Positions 10,105 through 20,089 of a stretch of 64,000 nt of DNA are shown here, piece by piece. Each line of letters starts with the position of its first letter. Position 1 is the first letter of the stretch. The DNA is taken from positions 36,402 through 100,401 of the forward strand of contig CAVVZE010000001.1 in NCBI GenBank assembly GCA_963752785.1, written 5' to 3'. The stretch comes from an uncultured Alphaproteobacteria bacterium (GTDB lineage Bacteria > Pseudomonadota > Alphaproteobacteria > Sphingomonadales > Sphingomonadaceae). The translations under genes and the position numbers were made by a program. The notes beneath the pieces were generated by a model that saw nothing but the letters and a program-made list of their open reading frames with translations, had not been told where the DNA came from and did not search any database.

Positions 10105-11679
10105 CGGACGATATCTCGTTCGCCGAGGCGGGTGTTTGCGCCGCCGGGTCGCTCGTGTCGCAGCGCGCCGCGCCAGCTCTCCCCTATGCCGAGGCGCGCG
10201 ACACATGGCGTGCTGCTGATCGAGGACGAGGCGGCGTGAACGGCTGGCGATGCGCGCAGCGCGCCGATCCGCTGGTGCTGCTCGAGGTGCGCCGCCTATC
10301 TCGGGCGTGCCGTTCGATGTCGAAATGGTCGAGCCGCAGCGTTCGAGGAGCTGCTGGCCGAGCACTTATGCGTGACGCCGGTTCGGCTGGCGGCGGACCA
10401 GCATGGGCGTTCGAGGCCGGCGACCGACTGCGACGCTGATGCGGCCATGCCCGAGCGCCGAGGACCTGCTCGACAGCGCCGACGATGCGCCCGCCATCCG
10501 CCTGATCAACGGGCATCATCGCCGAGGCCGTGCGCGCAGGGCGCGTCGCGACATCCATATCGAGCCCTATGAGACAGGCGCTGGTCGTCCGCATGCGGAT
10601 CGACGGCGTGCTCACGGAAAAGCTGCGCATGCCGCCGCATGTCGCCGCCGGTGGTGGTCAGCCGGATCAAGGTCATGGCGCGGCTCGACATTGCCGAGCG
10701 CCGCGTGCCGCAGGACGGCCGGATCGGCCTGACGCTCGGCGGAAAGCTGCTCGACGTGCGCGTCTCGACCCTGCCGAGCCGGGCGGGCGAGCGCGTCGTG
10801 CTGCGCATTCTCGACAAGGACAATGCGGGGCTGTCGCTCGACCTGCTCGGCATGTCGGCGACGCGTCGCACGAGGTCCTGCAGCGAGGCGCTCAGCCGAA
10901 CCCAACGGCATCATCCTCGTCACCGGCCCGACCGGCTCGGGCAAGACCACCACGCTCTATGCCGGGCTGCGCAGCTCAACGACGGCAGCCGCAATATCCT
11001 GACGGTCGAAGACCCGGTCGAATATGCCGATCGACGGCGTCGGCCAGACGCAGGTCAATCCGAAGGTCGGGCTGACCTTTGCAGCCGGCCTGCGCGCGAT
11101 CCTGCGCCAGGATCCCGACGTGGTGATGGTCGGCGAAATCCGCGATCGCGAGACCGCCGAGATCGCGGTGCAGGCATCGCTGACCGGGCATCTCGTCCTC
11201 TCGACGGTCCATACCAACGATGCGGTCGGCGCGATCACGCGGATGCGCGACATGAGGGTCGAGCCCTTCCTGCTCGCCTCGACCTTGCGCGCGCGTGATC
11301 GCGCAGCGTCTGGTGCGCCGGCTATGCCCACACTGCCGCGAGGCCGGTGCAGTCGATCCGGCGCGTGGCGCGCGCTGCTCGGCTTCGAGCCGGGCACGAT
11401 GGTCTATCGAGCCGGTCGGTTGCAAGCAATGCGGCGAGACCGGCTTCAAGGGCCGCATCGGCGTGTTCGAGGCGGTCCGGATCGACGACACGATCCGCCG
11501 CATGATCAACGAGGCGGCGGACGAGGCGATGCATCGCCGACACGCGTTCGGCAAGACCGCGGACGGCAATCGATGCGGCCAGCGCCTGGCCCGCGCGGCA
11601 CGGCGTCTGGTGCTTGCGGGCGTGACGACCGCCGAAGAGGCGGTCGCGCGTGTCGCGCCGCGAGGACGAGCAGCCCTGA
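10070..11679 (+). CDS. gspE: Type II secretion ATPase E (multiple frameshifts)
   Basis: [20 protein letters not shown], Walker [37 protein letters not shown], CxxC pairs; start approximate. Confidence 0.88.
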
Positions 11680-12922
11680 TGGCGAAATACGCCTATCTCG
11701 CGGTCGATCCGCAAGGGCGCGAAAGGCGCGGGGCGGTCGATGCCGCCATCGACCGGCGCCGCGCGCGAGCAGCTGGCGAAGCGCCGCTGGCACGTCGCTG
11801 CGCATTGACGAAAAGGTGGCCAGCGCGGCCCCGGTCGAAGCCAGGCGGTCTCGCCCTGCCGCTGCTGGGCAGCAAGCTGACAACCAAGCAATTGTCGCTG
11901 TTCACCCGCCAGCTGCCTCGCTGATGCATGGTCAGCCCGCTGGAGGAAGCGCTGCGCACGATCAGCCGCCAGACCGAAAAGGAAAAGGTGCGCGCGATCC
12001 TCGCCAACGTCCACGCAGGGCATCGTCGAAGGCCAGCCGCTGGCCGAAGCGCATGCGGCGCGAGCGAAGCGAGCTTCCCGCCGCTCTACCGCGCGATGGT
12101 CGCGGCGGGCGAAAATTCGGGCAGCCTGCCCAGCATCGCCGAACGGCTGGCCGACAGCTGCTTGAAGCGCCAGGCCGAGATCCGCGGCAAGATCATCGCC
12201 GCGCTCGCCTATCCGATCGTCCTGGCGCTCGTCGCGATGGCGGTGGTGGCGGCGCTGATGGTCGTCGGTCGTGCCGCAGAGTCGTCGAACAGTTCGACAA
12301 TGTCGGCGCAGCAACTGCCGCTGCTGACGCGGATCGTGATCGCGCTGTCGCGAATTCCTCGCGGGCTAGTGGTGGGTGCTGCTCGCTGCTTGATCGCGCT
12401 GGGCGTCTGGGTTTCCTGGCGCGCGCTGAAGAGCCGCCGTTCAAGCTGCGCTTCGATACGCTGCTGCTGCGGATGCCGCTCATCGGTCGGTTGATCCGCG
12501 ACATGCATGCCGCGCGCATGGCGCGGACGCTGTCGACAATGATCGCCAGCCGCCTGCCGCTGATCGACGGGCTGCGCCTGACCGCCAGCACCGTCCATAA
12601 CGCGCGCTGCAGCGACGCGACGCTGGAGGATGGTCGAGGCGATCCGCGGCGGCGGCAGCCTGTCGGCCGCGATGCGCGCAGCGCTGGGATTTTTCCGCCG
12701 CTGCTCGTCTATCTCGCCGCCAGCGGAGAGGCGGCGGGCCAGCTCGATGCCATGCTGGAACGCGCGGCCGAATATCTAGAACGCGAATTCGACAGCTTCA
12801 CCGCCACCGCCTGTCGCTGCTCGAGCCCGCGATCATCGTCGTTGATGGGCGGCGTGGTCGCGACGATCGTCCTCGCCATCCTGCTTCCCATCCTGCAACT
12901 CCAGACACTGACCGGACTTTAG
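11679..12922 (+). CDS. gspF: Type II secretion inner-membrane protein F (multiple frameshifts)
   Basis: [61 protein letters not shown]; TGATG overlap with gspE. Confidence 0.88.
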
Positions 12923-12925
12923 ATC

Positions 12926-13399
12926 ATGCCGAAACGCTCGACAGACCTCCGCCAGACAGGGCGGCAAGAAGCGCCGCCAGAACCGGCAAGCGCAACGGCT
13001 TCACCCTGGTCGAACTGATGGTGGTGCTCGTCATCATCGGCCTGCTGGCCACCATCGTCATCATCAACGTGCTGCCCAGCCAGGACAAGGCGATGGTGGT
13101 CAAGGCCGAGGCCGACATCGCCACGCTCGAACCAGGCAATGGAAATGTACCGGCTCGATACCGCGACCTATCCCGGCGCGGCGGACGGGCTGACCGCGCT
13201 GGTGACGCCCCCTGCCGATCTGATGATGCCGCAGAACTACCGCTCCGGCGGCTATATCCGTGAACTGCCGACCGATCCGTGGGGCCGGCCATACCAGTAC
13301 CGCGTGCCCGGCATCGACGGAAAGCCGTTCGACGTCTACTCGCTGGGGGCCGACGGACAGCCCGGCGGCGAAGGCGAGAATGCGGACATCCTTGGCTGA
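12926..13399 (+). CDS. gspG: Type II secretion major pseudopilin G (frameshifted)
   Basis: KRNG/FTLVELMVVLVIIGLL prepilin cleavage motif; YRLD...YP, LPTDPWGRPYQY, SLGADGQPGGEGENADI. Confidence 0.92.
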
Positions 13400-13407
13400 C
13401 CCGATCA

Positions 13408-14559
13408 ATGGCGCGTTTCACTCCCAGCCTTCCCGAGCCTGAAGAGCGCGAGCCGACCGCTGGCCTGGTCGTCCTGCTGGGCGAGCAGCCGCGCGAGGAC
13501 TGGCGCTGGTGGCGCGTGACCGATGCAGGGCTTGAAAGCGAGCACCGTCACACGCCCGGTGCCGATGCGCCATGGGGAGACGCCGCAAACCTGCGCGTCG
13601 TCGCACTGGTGCCCGCGGTCGGCGCGCCGGTGCGCAGCGCTCCGCGCGGGGACATGCCCGCGGCGCAGGCGGTGTCGGCGGCAAGGCTCGCACCGGCTGG
13701 CCTCGCGTCGGACCGGCCGCTGCACGTGGCCGCTGCGGCCGAGGGCGATGCTGTCGTGACCTGCCGCGTGGCCGAATACGACATGGACCTGTGGCTGGCC
13801 GAGCTGGCGGCGGCTGGTCTTGACCCCGATGCGCTGGTGCCCGCGGCCCTGGTCCTGCCCGCTCCCCTGTCCGGCGAGATCGCACTGGGCGAGATCGGCG
13901 GCCAGTCGCTCGCCCGCTCAACCGATGCGGCCTTTGCGGGCGAGCCCGAGATGGTCGAGGCGCTCGCTGGCGATGCGCCGCGCACCGAGGTGCCTGCAGA
14001 ACTGCTGGCGGACAGGCTGGCGGCACTGTGGCGCCAGCCGCCGCTCGACCTGCGGCAGGGCGCCTACGCCCGCCCGCGCGTATCGTTCTTCCGGTTGCCG
14101 GACTGGGCGCAGCTGGCGCGGATGGCGGCGGTGCTGGCCTTGCTTGGCTTCCTGATCCTGGCGGTGGAGATCATTCGCCTTGAACTCGACAGCAATGCGC
14201 TTGAGGACGAAGCGCTATTTGCCGCGCAGCAGCGTTTCCCCGCCGTCACCGATCTCGCCAGCGCCGAGGCGCAGGTGAATGCCGAACTGCTGCGCCGCGG
14301 AGCAGGAGGCGCGAGTTTCGAGGCGGTGGCGCCCGCCGTGTTTGCCGCGATGCAGCCTCTGCCGTCGGTGCAGCTGCGCTCGCTCAGCTGGCAGGGCGAC
14401 GGCACGCTGGCGGTCCGCGCCGCCGCGCCGCGGGTGGAGGATATCAACAGTATGCTGATCGCGCTGCAGGCCGATGGCTGGGAAGTGACCGTGCCGCCCG
14501 AGATCGCGCCCGATGCGACCGGCGCGACGGTGGTCGACATCACGGTGCGCGCACCATGA
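13408..14559 (+). CDS. gspL: Type II secretion protein L
   Basis: Cytoplasmic domain (LDPDALVPAAL, LDLRQGAYA), single TM, periplasmic domain; position in gsp cluster. Confidence 0.8.
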   Translation: MARFTPSLPEPEEREPTAGLVVLLGEQPREDWRWWRVTDAGLESEHRHTPGADAPWGDAANLRVVALVPAVGAPVRSAPRGDMPAAQAVSAARLAPAGLASDRPLHVAAAAEGDAVVTCRVAEYDMDLWLAELAAAGLDPDALVPAALVLPAPLSGEIALGEIGGQSLARSTDAAFAGEPEMVEALAGDAPRTEVPAELLADRLAALWRQPPLDLRQGAYARPRVSFFRLPDWAQLARMAAVLALLGFLILAVEIIRLELDSNALEDEALFAAQQRFPAVTDLASAEAQVNAELLRRGAGGASFEAVAPAVFAAMQPLPSVQLRSLSWQGDGTLAVRAAAPRVEDINSMLIALQADGWEVTVPPEIAPDATGATVVDITVRAP

Positions 14560-15041
14560 ACGCTGTCATTCAGACGTTGCGCGACTGGTTCGCCGGGCTT
14601 ACCGCGCGCGAACGATGGCTGGTGGGTATTGCGGGCGTGCTCGCACTGCTGGTGTTCGGGATCTACGGCGTCGTGCTGCCGCTTGGTGCCGCGCACGATG
14701 CCGCTCATGCCCGGCACCGCGATGCGGTATTCGCTTCCTCGCGGGTGCTCGCGCGGCTCGAAGCGCTGGGCGAAGCGCCTGCTGCCGCGCCCGCGGGCAC
14801 GGGCCCCGTGTTACAGGCAGTCGCCGCCATCGCTGATGCACAGGGCCTGGTGCTGCAGGCCAATAACGCGCGCGGCAACGACGCCGCACAGATCAGCGTT
14901 GCCACCGCGGCCCCGGGCGCGGCGCTGGCGCTGCTCGATGCGCTGGCGGCAGAGGGGATCGCCGCGGAACAGGTGACGATCACGCCTGCCGCGGACGGCT
15001 CGGTCTCGCTCAGCGCGTCGCTGAGGAGGGGGATGCCGTGA
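14556..15041 (+). CDS. gspM: Type II secretion protein M
   Basis: WFAGLTARERWLV motif followed by one TM; ATGA overlap with gspL. Confidence 0.85.
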   Translation: MNAVIQTLRDWFAGLTARERWLVGIAGVLALLVFGIYGVVLPLGAAHDAAHARHRDAVFASSRVLARLEALGEAPAAAPAGTGPVLQAVAAIADAQGLVLQANNARGNDAAQISVATAAPGAALALLDALAAEGIAAEQVTITPAADGSVSLSASLRRGMP

Positions 15042-15784
15042 TCGGGCGCTGGATCTTCATTCGCGACAATCGCCTGACGCCCGTTACAAAGCTCGTGCTG
15101 CTGGCGGCGGCGATTGCCGCGCTGGTGGCCATGCTGCCGCTGCGGCTGGTGCTGGGCTGGGCCGATCCCGCGGGCCATTTGCTCAAGGCTCAGGCGGTGG
15201 AGGGCACTGCATGGGACGGGCTGGTCGGCGAACTTCAAGTGGGCCGATTGCCGCTGGGGCTGATGGAAATCGACCTGATGCCGCTGCCGCTGCTGATCGG
15301 CCGCGGGCAATTCGCATTGGAGCGACCCGACTTTCCCGGCGCTCGTCCGTTCAGCGCCCGCATCCGGGGCGGCGGCAGCGATCTGGCGATCGTGAACGCC
15401 AGCGGAGAAGTTGCGCTCGGCGGGACCATGGCGCCGCTGCCGGTCCGTACACTGACGATGAACGGCTTCTCGGCGCAGTTCGCGGGCGGAGCCTGCGTCG
15501 CGGCTTCGGGCACTCTGGGGCTGGTCGTTCCGGCCATGGGAACGATGATGGACGCCGAAACCATGCTGGCCGGCGAAGCGCGCTGCGAGGACGGCGCATT
15601 GGTCGTGCCGATGACCGGCCCCTCGGGCGCGGAGCGGATCGATCTGCGCATTACGCCCGGCGGTCGATGGGACGCGGCCATGTCGCTGGTGGGATTGCCG
15701 CCCGAAATGGCGGCACCATTGGTAGAAATGGGTTTCCAGCAACGCCGCAATGGCGTGGGGCTGACGGCGAGCGGTACGCTCTGA
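15038..15784 (+). CDS. gspN: Type II secretion protein N
   Basis: TM then LPLRLVL...VEGTAWDG, two Cys (GAC...ARC); GTGA overlap with gspM. Confidence 0.8.
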   Translation: MIGRWIFIRDNRLTPVTKLVLLAAAIAALVAMLPLRLVLGWADPAGHLLKAQAVEGTAWDGLVGELQVGRLPLGLMEIDLMPLPLLIGRGQFALERPDFPGARPFSARIRGGGSDLAIVNASGEVALGGTMAPLPVRTLTMNGFSAQFAGGACVAASGTLGLVVPAMGTMMDAETMLAGEARCEDGALVVPMTGPSGAERIDLRITPGGRWDAAMSLVGLPPEMAAPLVEMGFQQRRNGVGLTASGTL

Positions 15785-15812
15785 CGCCAGCCCCGATCGC
15801 GAACTTGCCGGA

Positions 15813-16265
15813 TCAGCCCAGTGTGGCGGTCAGGAACCAGGTGCGTTCCTCGGCCTGGTCGGTCCATTCGTCGATCAGCCCGTCGGTCGCATTGTCGCCG
15901 GCTTCCTCGGCCAGTTCCTTCACTTCCTTCAGCGTCTTCACCATGCGCGCGTTGTCGTCGCGCAGCTGGCTGACCATGTCCATCGCTTCGAGGTCGTCGG
16001 ATTGCTGGTCCTCGACCCGGGTCTTTTCCATGATCGACCCGATCGAGGTCAGCGTCTTGCCGCCGATCTTGCGCACCCGCTCTGCAATGATGTCGACATT
16101 GCCGAACAGCTCCTGCGCCTGTTCGTCGAACATCAGGTGAAGCTCGCGGAACTGGGGGCCCGTGACGTGCCAGTGAAAGTTCTTGGTCTTCATGTAGAGA
16201 GCCAGGTGATCGGCCAGCAGCCCGTTGAGCCCGTCGATCAGCGCTTTTTTCGCATTGTCACCCAT
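15813..16265 (-). CDS. dps: DNA starvation/stationary-phase protection protein Dps
   Basis: LYMKTKNFHWHVTGPQFRELHLMFDEQ...DIIAERVR ferroxidase signature. Confidence 0.95.
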   Translation of the reverse strand: MGDNAKKALIDGLNGLLADHLALYMKTKNFHWHVTGPQFRELHLMFDEQAQELFGNVDIIAERVRKIGGKTLTSIGSIMEKTRVEDQQSDDLEAMDMVSQLRDDNARMVKTLKEVKELAEEAGDNATDGLIDEWTDQAEERTWFLTATLG

Positions 16266-16318
16266 GTGGTCGTTCTCCTGGTCCAGTGTGTCTCGATATC
16301 GGGAAAGATATGGTCTCT

Positions 16319-16343
16319 AACGCGGCGGAACAGATCGCGTTTC
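16319..16343 (-). promoter_or_regulatory. EcfG/sigmaT-type promoter for dps
   Basis: Minus strand GAAAC-N16-CGTT, close to the alphaproteobacterial general-stress consensus GGAAC-N16/17-CGTT. Confidence 0.6.
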
Positions 16344-16365
16344 GTGTTTTCTCCCGGTTTCACTA

Positions 16366-16380
16366 ATCGCTTTAATCGAT
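16366..16380. promoter_or_regulatory. LysR/OxyR-like box upstream of dps
   Basis: ATCG-N7-CGAT inverted repeat (T-N11-A), similar to OxyR ATAG-N7-CTAT. Confidence 0.4.
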
Positions 16381-16475
16381 CAGACGGGTTGCCGCCTGCC
16401 GCACGGCGATTGACCTGCCTGGCCGCTTGCCGCTAACGGCGCGGACATTTCCATGATCCAGCGCAAATTCCCCCT

Positions 16476-17472
16476 ATGAACCGCGACCCGGCCCAGATCG
16501 TAGCGCTCGGCGACGCCATCGTCGACGTGCTTGCCCAAAGGGGCGAGGATTTCCTTGCCGAATGCGGCGTGCTCAAGGGCACGATGCGCCTGCTCGCCGA
16601 TGGCGAGGCCGAGGCGCTGGCCCGGGCAATGGCAGCCAGCGGCACGGTCGAGGAAGTCCCCGGCGGTTCCGCGGCGAACAGCCTGGCGGGCGCGGCGGCG
16701 CTGGGCGCGCGCTGCCGGTTCATCGGGCTCACGGGCGATGACCGGCTCGGACGGCTGTTCAAGCGGCACATGGCCGATCTGGACATCGCGTTCGACACTC
16801 CGCCGCACGGCAGCGCGCCCACGGGGCGCTGCTTCATCATGGTGACGCCCGATGGCGAGCGCACGATGCAGACCTCGCCCGCGGCCAGCCATTGCCTGAC
16901 CGCCGACGCGCTGGATGAGGATGCGATCCGCGGCTGCGACACTCTGTTCCTCGAAGGCTATCTCTGGGGTCCGGAACAGCCGCGCAGCGCCATGCGCCGC
17001 GCGATCGAGATTGCGCGGGCCGAGGGGCGGCGCATCGCCTTTACCCTGTCCGATTTCGATCGCGCTGCCAGGCCGGCGCGATTCCATCGTGCAGCTTGTA
17101 CGCGACGGCGGCGTCGACGTGCTTTTCGCCAACGAGTACGAGGCCAGGCTGATGTCGGGCGTCGACGATTTCGAAGCCTCCATGCGGTTCCTGGCCGAGA
17201 TCTGCCCGCTGCCCGTCATCACGCGCGGCGCGGCGGGCGCAGTGGCAATGTGGCATGGCGAGAAGGTCGCGCGCCCCGCTGACAAGCCCGCCGCCATCGT
17301 CGACACCACCGGCGCAGGCGACCAGTTCGCCGCCGGCTTCCTGGCTGCGTTGATTGCCGGGCGCGACGTCGTGCAATGCCTCGATACCGGTGCGCGCAAC
17401 GCCGCCGCGGTGCTGGGTCATGTCGGCGCCCGACCTCTCACCAGAACGCCGCTGAAGAACATGGAGCTGTGA
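16476..17472 (+). CDS. PfkB family kinase (adenosine kinase-like); one frameshift near 17055
   Basis: GDAIVD, PGGSAAN, FANEYE, DTTGAGDQFAAGF signatures split over two frames. Confidence 0.88.
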
Positions 17473-17474
17473 GC

Positions 17475-18053
17475 ATGGCCACGCTGAAATCCCTCGCCGT
17501 CTATTGCGGATCGGGCATGGGACAGAACCCCGTCTATGCTGCCGCGACCCGCGATCTGGGGCAGGCGATGGCCCGCCGCGGCATCGACCTGGTCTATGGC
17601 GGCGGAAGGCTCGGCCTGATGGGCATCATCGCGGATACCGTGCTGGAAGCGGGCGGCAAGGCTTATGGCGTGATCCCCGACGCGCTCCACAGCCACGAGG
17701 TGGCACACCTGGGCTTGACCGAGCTGCACCGGGTCGCCGACATGCACCAGCGCAAGGCAAAGATGACGCAGCTGGCCGATGCATTCCTCTGCCTGCCCGG
17801 CGGCATCGGGACGCTGGACGAGCTGATGGAGGCGTGGACGTGGAACGCGCTGGGCTATCACGCCAAGCCGTTCTGCCTGCTCGACATCAATTCCTATTGG
17901 CAGGGCTTCGCCCGGTTTTGCGACACGGTGCAGGACGAGGGCTTCATGAGCAGGGAACGCCGCGGCCAGCTGCTGGTCGAGGCCGACATCGACAGCGCGC
18001 TCGACCGGCTGGCCGAAGCCGTCGGCGACGCCAGCGTCGGTCCGGTCTGGTAG
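17475..18053 (+). CDS. LOG family nucleotide 5'-monophosphate nucleosidase (TIGR00730-like)
   Basis: VYCGS, LVYGGGRLGLMG, MHQRK, LPGGIGTLDE motifs. Confidence 0.92.
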   Translation: MATLKSLAVYCGSGMGQNPVYAAATRDLGQAMARRGIDLVYGGGRLGLMGIIADTVLEAGGKAYGVIPDALHSHEVAHLGLTELHRVADMHQRKAKMTQLADAFLCLPGGIGTLDELMEAWTWNALGYHAKPFCLLDINSYWQGFARFCDTVQDEGFMSRERRGQLLVEADIDSALDRLAEAVGDASVGPVW

Positions 18054-18076
18054 CACCTGACCTTTTCGGCAGTGGA

Positions 18077-18496
18077 TCAGGCTGCGGGCGGCTCAGACGT
18101 TTCCTCAAGCCGCCGGATGATCCAGCGCACGCCGGGATCCTCGACATTCACGGAGATCCAGGTGCCGTCGGGCGCCAGGCTCTCCTCGTCGCAGGACGTC
18201 CTGCCGCCGCTGACGGTGCAGAACAGGCCCGGTTCCGGCGTGGTCCAGCTGCCGGTTTCCACCAGTCGTCCCTCCATCATGTTGCGATAGCTGCCATCAG
18301 GCAAGACTTCCTGCACGATCACCGTGCCGCCCTCGGCCGAGGCGACTTCGAACCGGCCGGTGGCCGGACCGCCATCGGCCGCGGGATAGGCCGGCTGCCG
18401 CGCGGGCGCCTCGACCGCCGCCTCGCGCTCCTCCTCGCCGCATCCGGTCAGCGCGGATAGCGGCATGGCCAGCGCGAGGACGGCCAGCGAACGCAT
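18077..18496 (-). CDS. Hypothetical lipoprotein (paralog A)
   Basis: Signal peptide with LTGC lipobox; similar to the neighbouring ORF. Confidence 0.7.
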   Translation of the reverse strand: MRSLAVLALAMPLSALTGCGEEEREAAVEAPARQPAYPAADGGPATGRFEVASAEGGTVIVQEVLPDGSYRNMMEGRLVETGSWTTPEPGLFCTVSGGRTSCDEESLAPDGTWISVNVEDPGVRWIIRRLEETSEPPAA

Positions 18497-18513
18497 CGGC
18501 AAGACAGCGAGGA

Positions 18514-18957
18514 TCAACTTGCGGCGTCGGTCGGCAGGACTTCGGATCCCATGACACGCTCGACCGTCCAGACATCGTCGGGATTCGCGACATTGGTGGC
18601 GGTCCAGATGCCGTCGTTCATTTCCTCGACGTAGCAGCTGGCCTCGGTCTCGCCTTCCATGGTGACGCAGAAATTGCCCGCGTCATCAATCTGCCAGGTG
18701 CCGGGCACGGGATCGGTGCCGGCCATCACATTGGTGAGCGTGCCGTCTTCCTTGATGTTCTGCATCATCTTCGTCTCGCCATCGGCGGACGCCACGCGGA
18801 ACACGCCGTAAGGCGGCAGTCCGTCCGGTGCCATCATCGAGGTCTCGGCGGGCGAGAGACTTGCATCCTGCTCTGCGGGCGCGACCGGTTCCTCGGCCGC
18901 GTCGCATCCGGCAAGAGCGAAAGCGGCGATGACGGCGATGCTTGCAATCTTGTGCAT
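18514..18957 (-). CDS. Hypothetical lipoprotein (paralog B)
   Basis: GGGAGA RBS, signal peptide with LAGC lipobox; similar to the neighbouring ORF. Confidence 0.75.
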   Translation of the reverse strand: MHKIASIAVIAAFALAGCDAAEEPVAPAEQDASLSPAETSMMAPDGLPPYGVFRVASADGETKMMQNIKEDGTLTNVMAGTDPVPGTWQIDDAGNFCVTMEGETEASCYVEEMNDGIWTATNVANPDDVWTVERVMGSEVLPTDAAS

Positions 18958-19053
18958 GGCGTTCTCCCTTTGGGTTGCTGGCTGCAGCCTACATGGAGCA
19001 GATCGCGAAGCAAGCCAATGCGGGCGCAAGACCGCACATGCCGCCGCAAGGGT

Positions 19054-19731
19054 TCAGGCGACCGCCAGCGATTCGAACACCGATTTGAACAGGGCCATGC
19101 CGTCGCTGCTGCCCTGCTCCGGCTCGATCGCGCGTTCGGGGTGGGGCATCATGCCCAGCACATTGCCCCGGGCGTTCAGTACGCCCGCGATCTGGCAGGC
19201 CGATCCGTTGACCGCCTCGCCATAGCGGAACGCGATGCGGCCTTCGCCTTCCAGCCGGTTCAGCACATCCTCGTCGGCGAAATAATTGCCGTCGTGGTGG
19301 GCGACGGGGATCTGGATCGTCTGCCCCTTTTCATAGCCCTGCGTGAACAGGCTGGACGCGTTCTCCACCACCAGCGGCACGGTGCGGCAGACGAAGCGGA
19401 TGCCCGCATTGCGCATCAGCGCACCGGGGAGCAGCCGCGCCTCGGTCAAAACCTGGAACCCGTTGCAGACGCCCAGCACGGGCACGCCGCGCTCCGCCGC
19501 CGCGACGACCGAGCGCATGACCGGGCTGTTGGCTGCCATCGCGCCCGAACGCAGGTAGTCCCCGTACGAGAACCCGCCCGGCACCGCGACGAAATCGATA
19601 TTGTCCGGCAGTTCGGCATCGCCGTGCCAGATGCGCAGGGGCGCCTTGCCCGAGATCTTTTCGATCGCGACCGCCATGTCGCGATCGCAGTTCGAACCGG
19701 GGAAGGTGATGACGCCAGCGGTAAAAGCCAT
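19054..19731 (-). CDS. purQ: Phosphoribosylformylglycinamidine synthase glutaminase subunit
   Basis: [34 protein letters not shown]. Confidence 0.97.
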   Translation of the reverse strand: MAFTAGVITFPGSNCDRDMAVAIEKISGKAPLRIWHGDAELPDNIDFVAVPGGFSYGDYLRSGAMAANSPVMRSVVAAAERGVPVLGVCNGFQVLTEARLLPGALMRNAGIRFVCRTVPLVVENASSLFTQGYEKGQTIQIPVAHHDGNYFADEDVLNRLEGEGRIAFRYGEAVNGSACQIAGVLNARGNVLGMMPHPERAIEPEQGSSDGMALFKSVFESLAVA

Positions 19732-19761
19732 CAGTCGGGTTCCTTGGTCAGCCCAATATCT

Positions 19762-19995
19762 TCAGGAAAGCTTCTCGACGCGGTAATTCTCGATCACCGT
19801 GTTCGCCAGCAGCTTGCGGCACATCTCGTCCAGCGCCTCGTCGCTGGTGTCGTCGGCGACTTCCAGCGCGATCTCGCGCCCGACGCGCACGTCGGCGACG
19901 CCATCGAAACCCAGACCTTCGAGCGCGTGATGGATCGCGCGGCCCTGCGGATCGAGCACGCCGGGTTTCAGCGAAACATGGACCTGCACCTTCAT
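19762..19995 (-). CDS. purS: FGAM synthase subunit PurS
   Basis: LKPGVLDPQG...LLANTVIENY. Confidence 0.95.
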   Translation of the reverse strand: MKVQVHVSLKPGVLDPQGRAIHHALEGLGFDGVADVRVGREIALEVADDTSDEALDEMCRKLLANTVIENYRVEKLS

Positions 19996-20089
19996 GATCG
20001 GTGACCTTCTTGCAAAATTACGGGGTTCAGCCTGCCGCAGCCCCTATGGCCTGAAGCGTTCGGGTGCAAGCATGCAGTGGCGCCAACGG

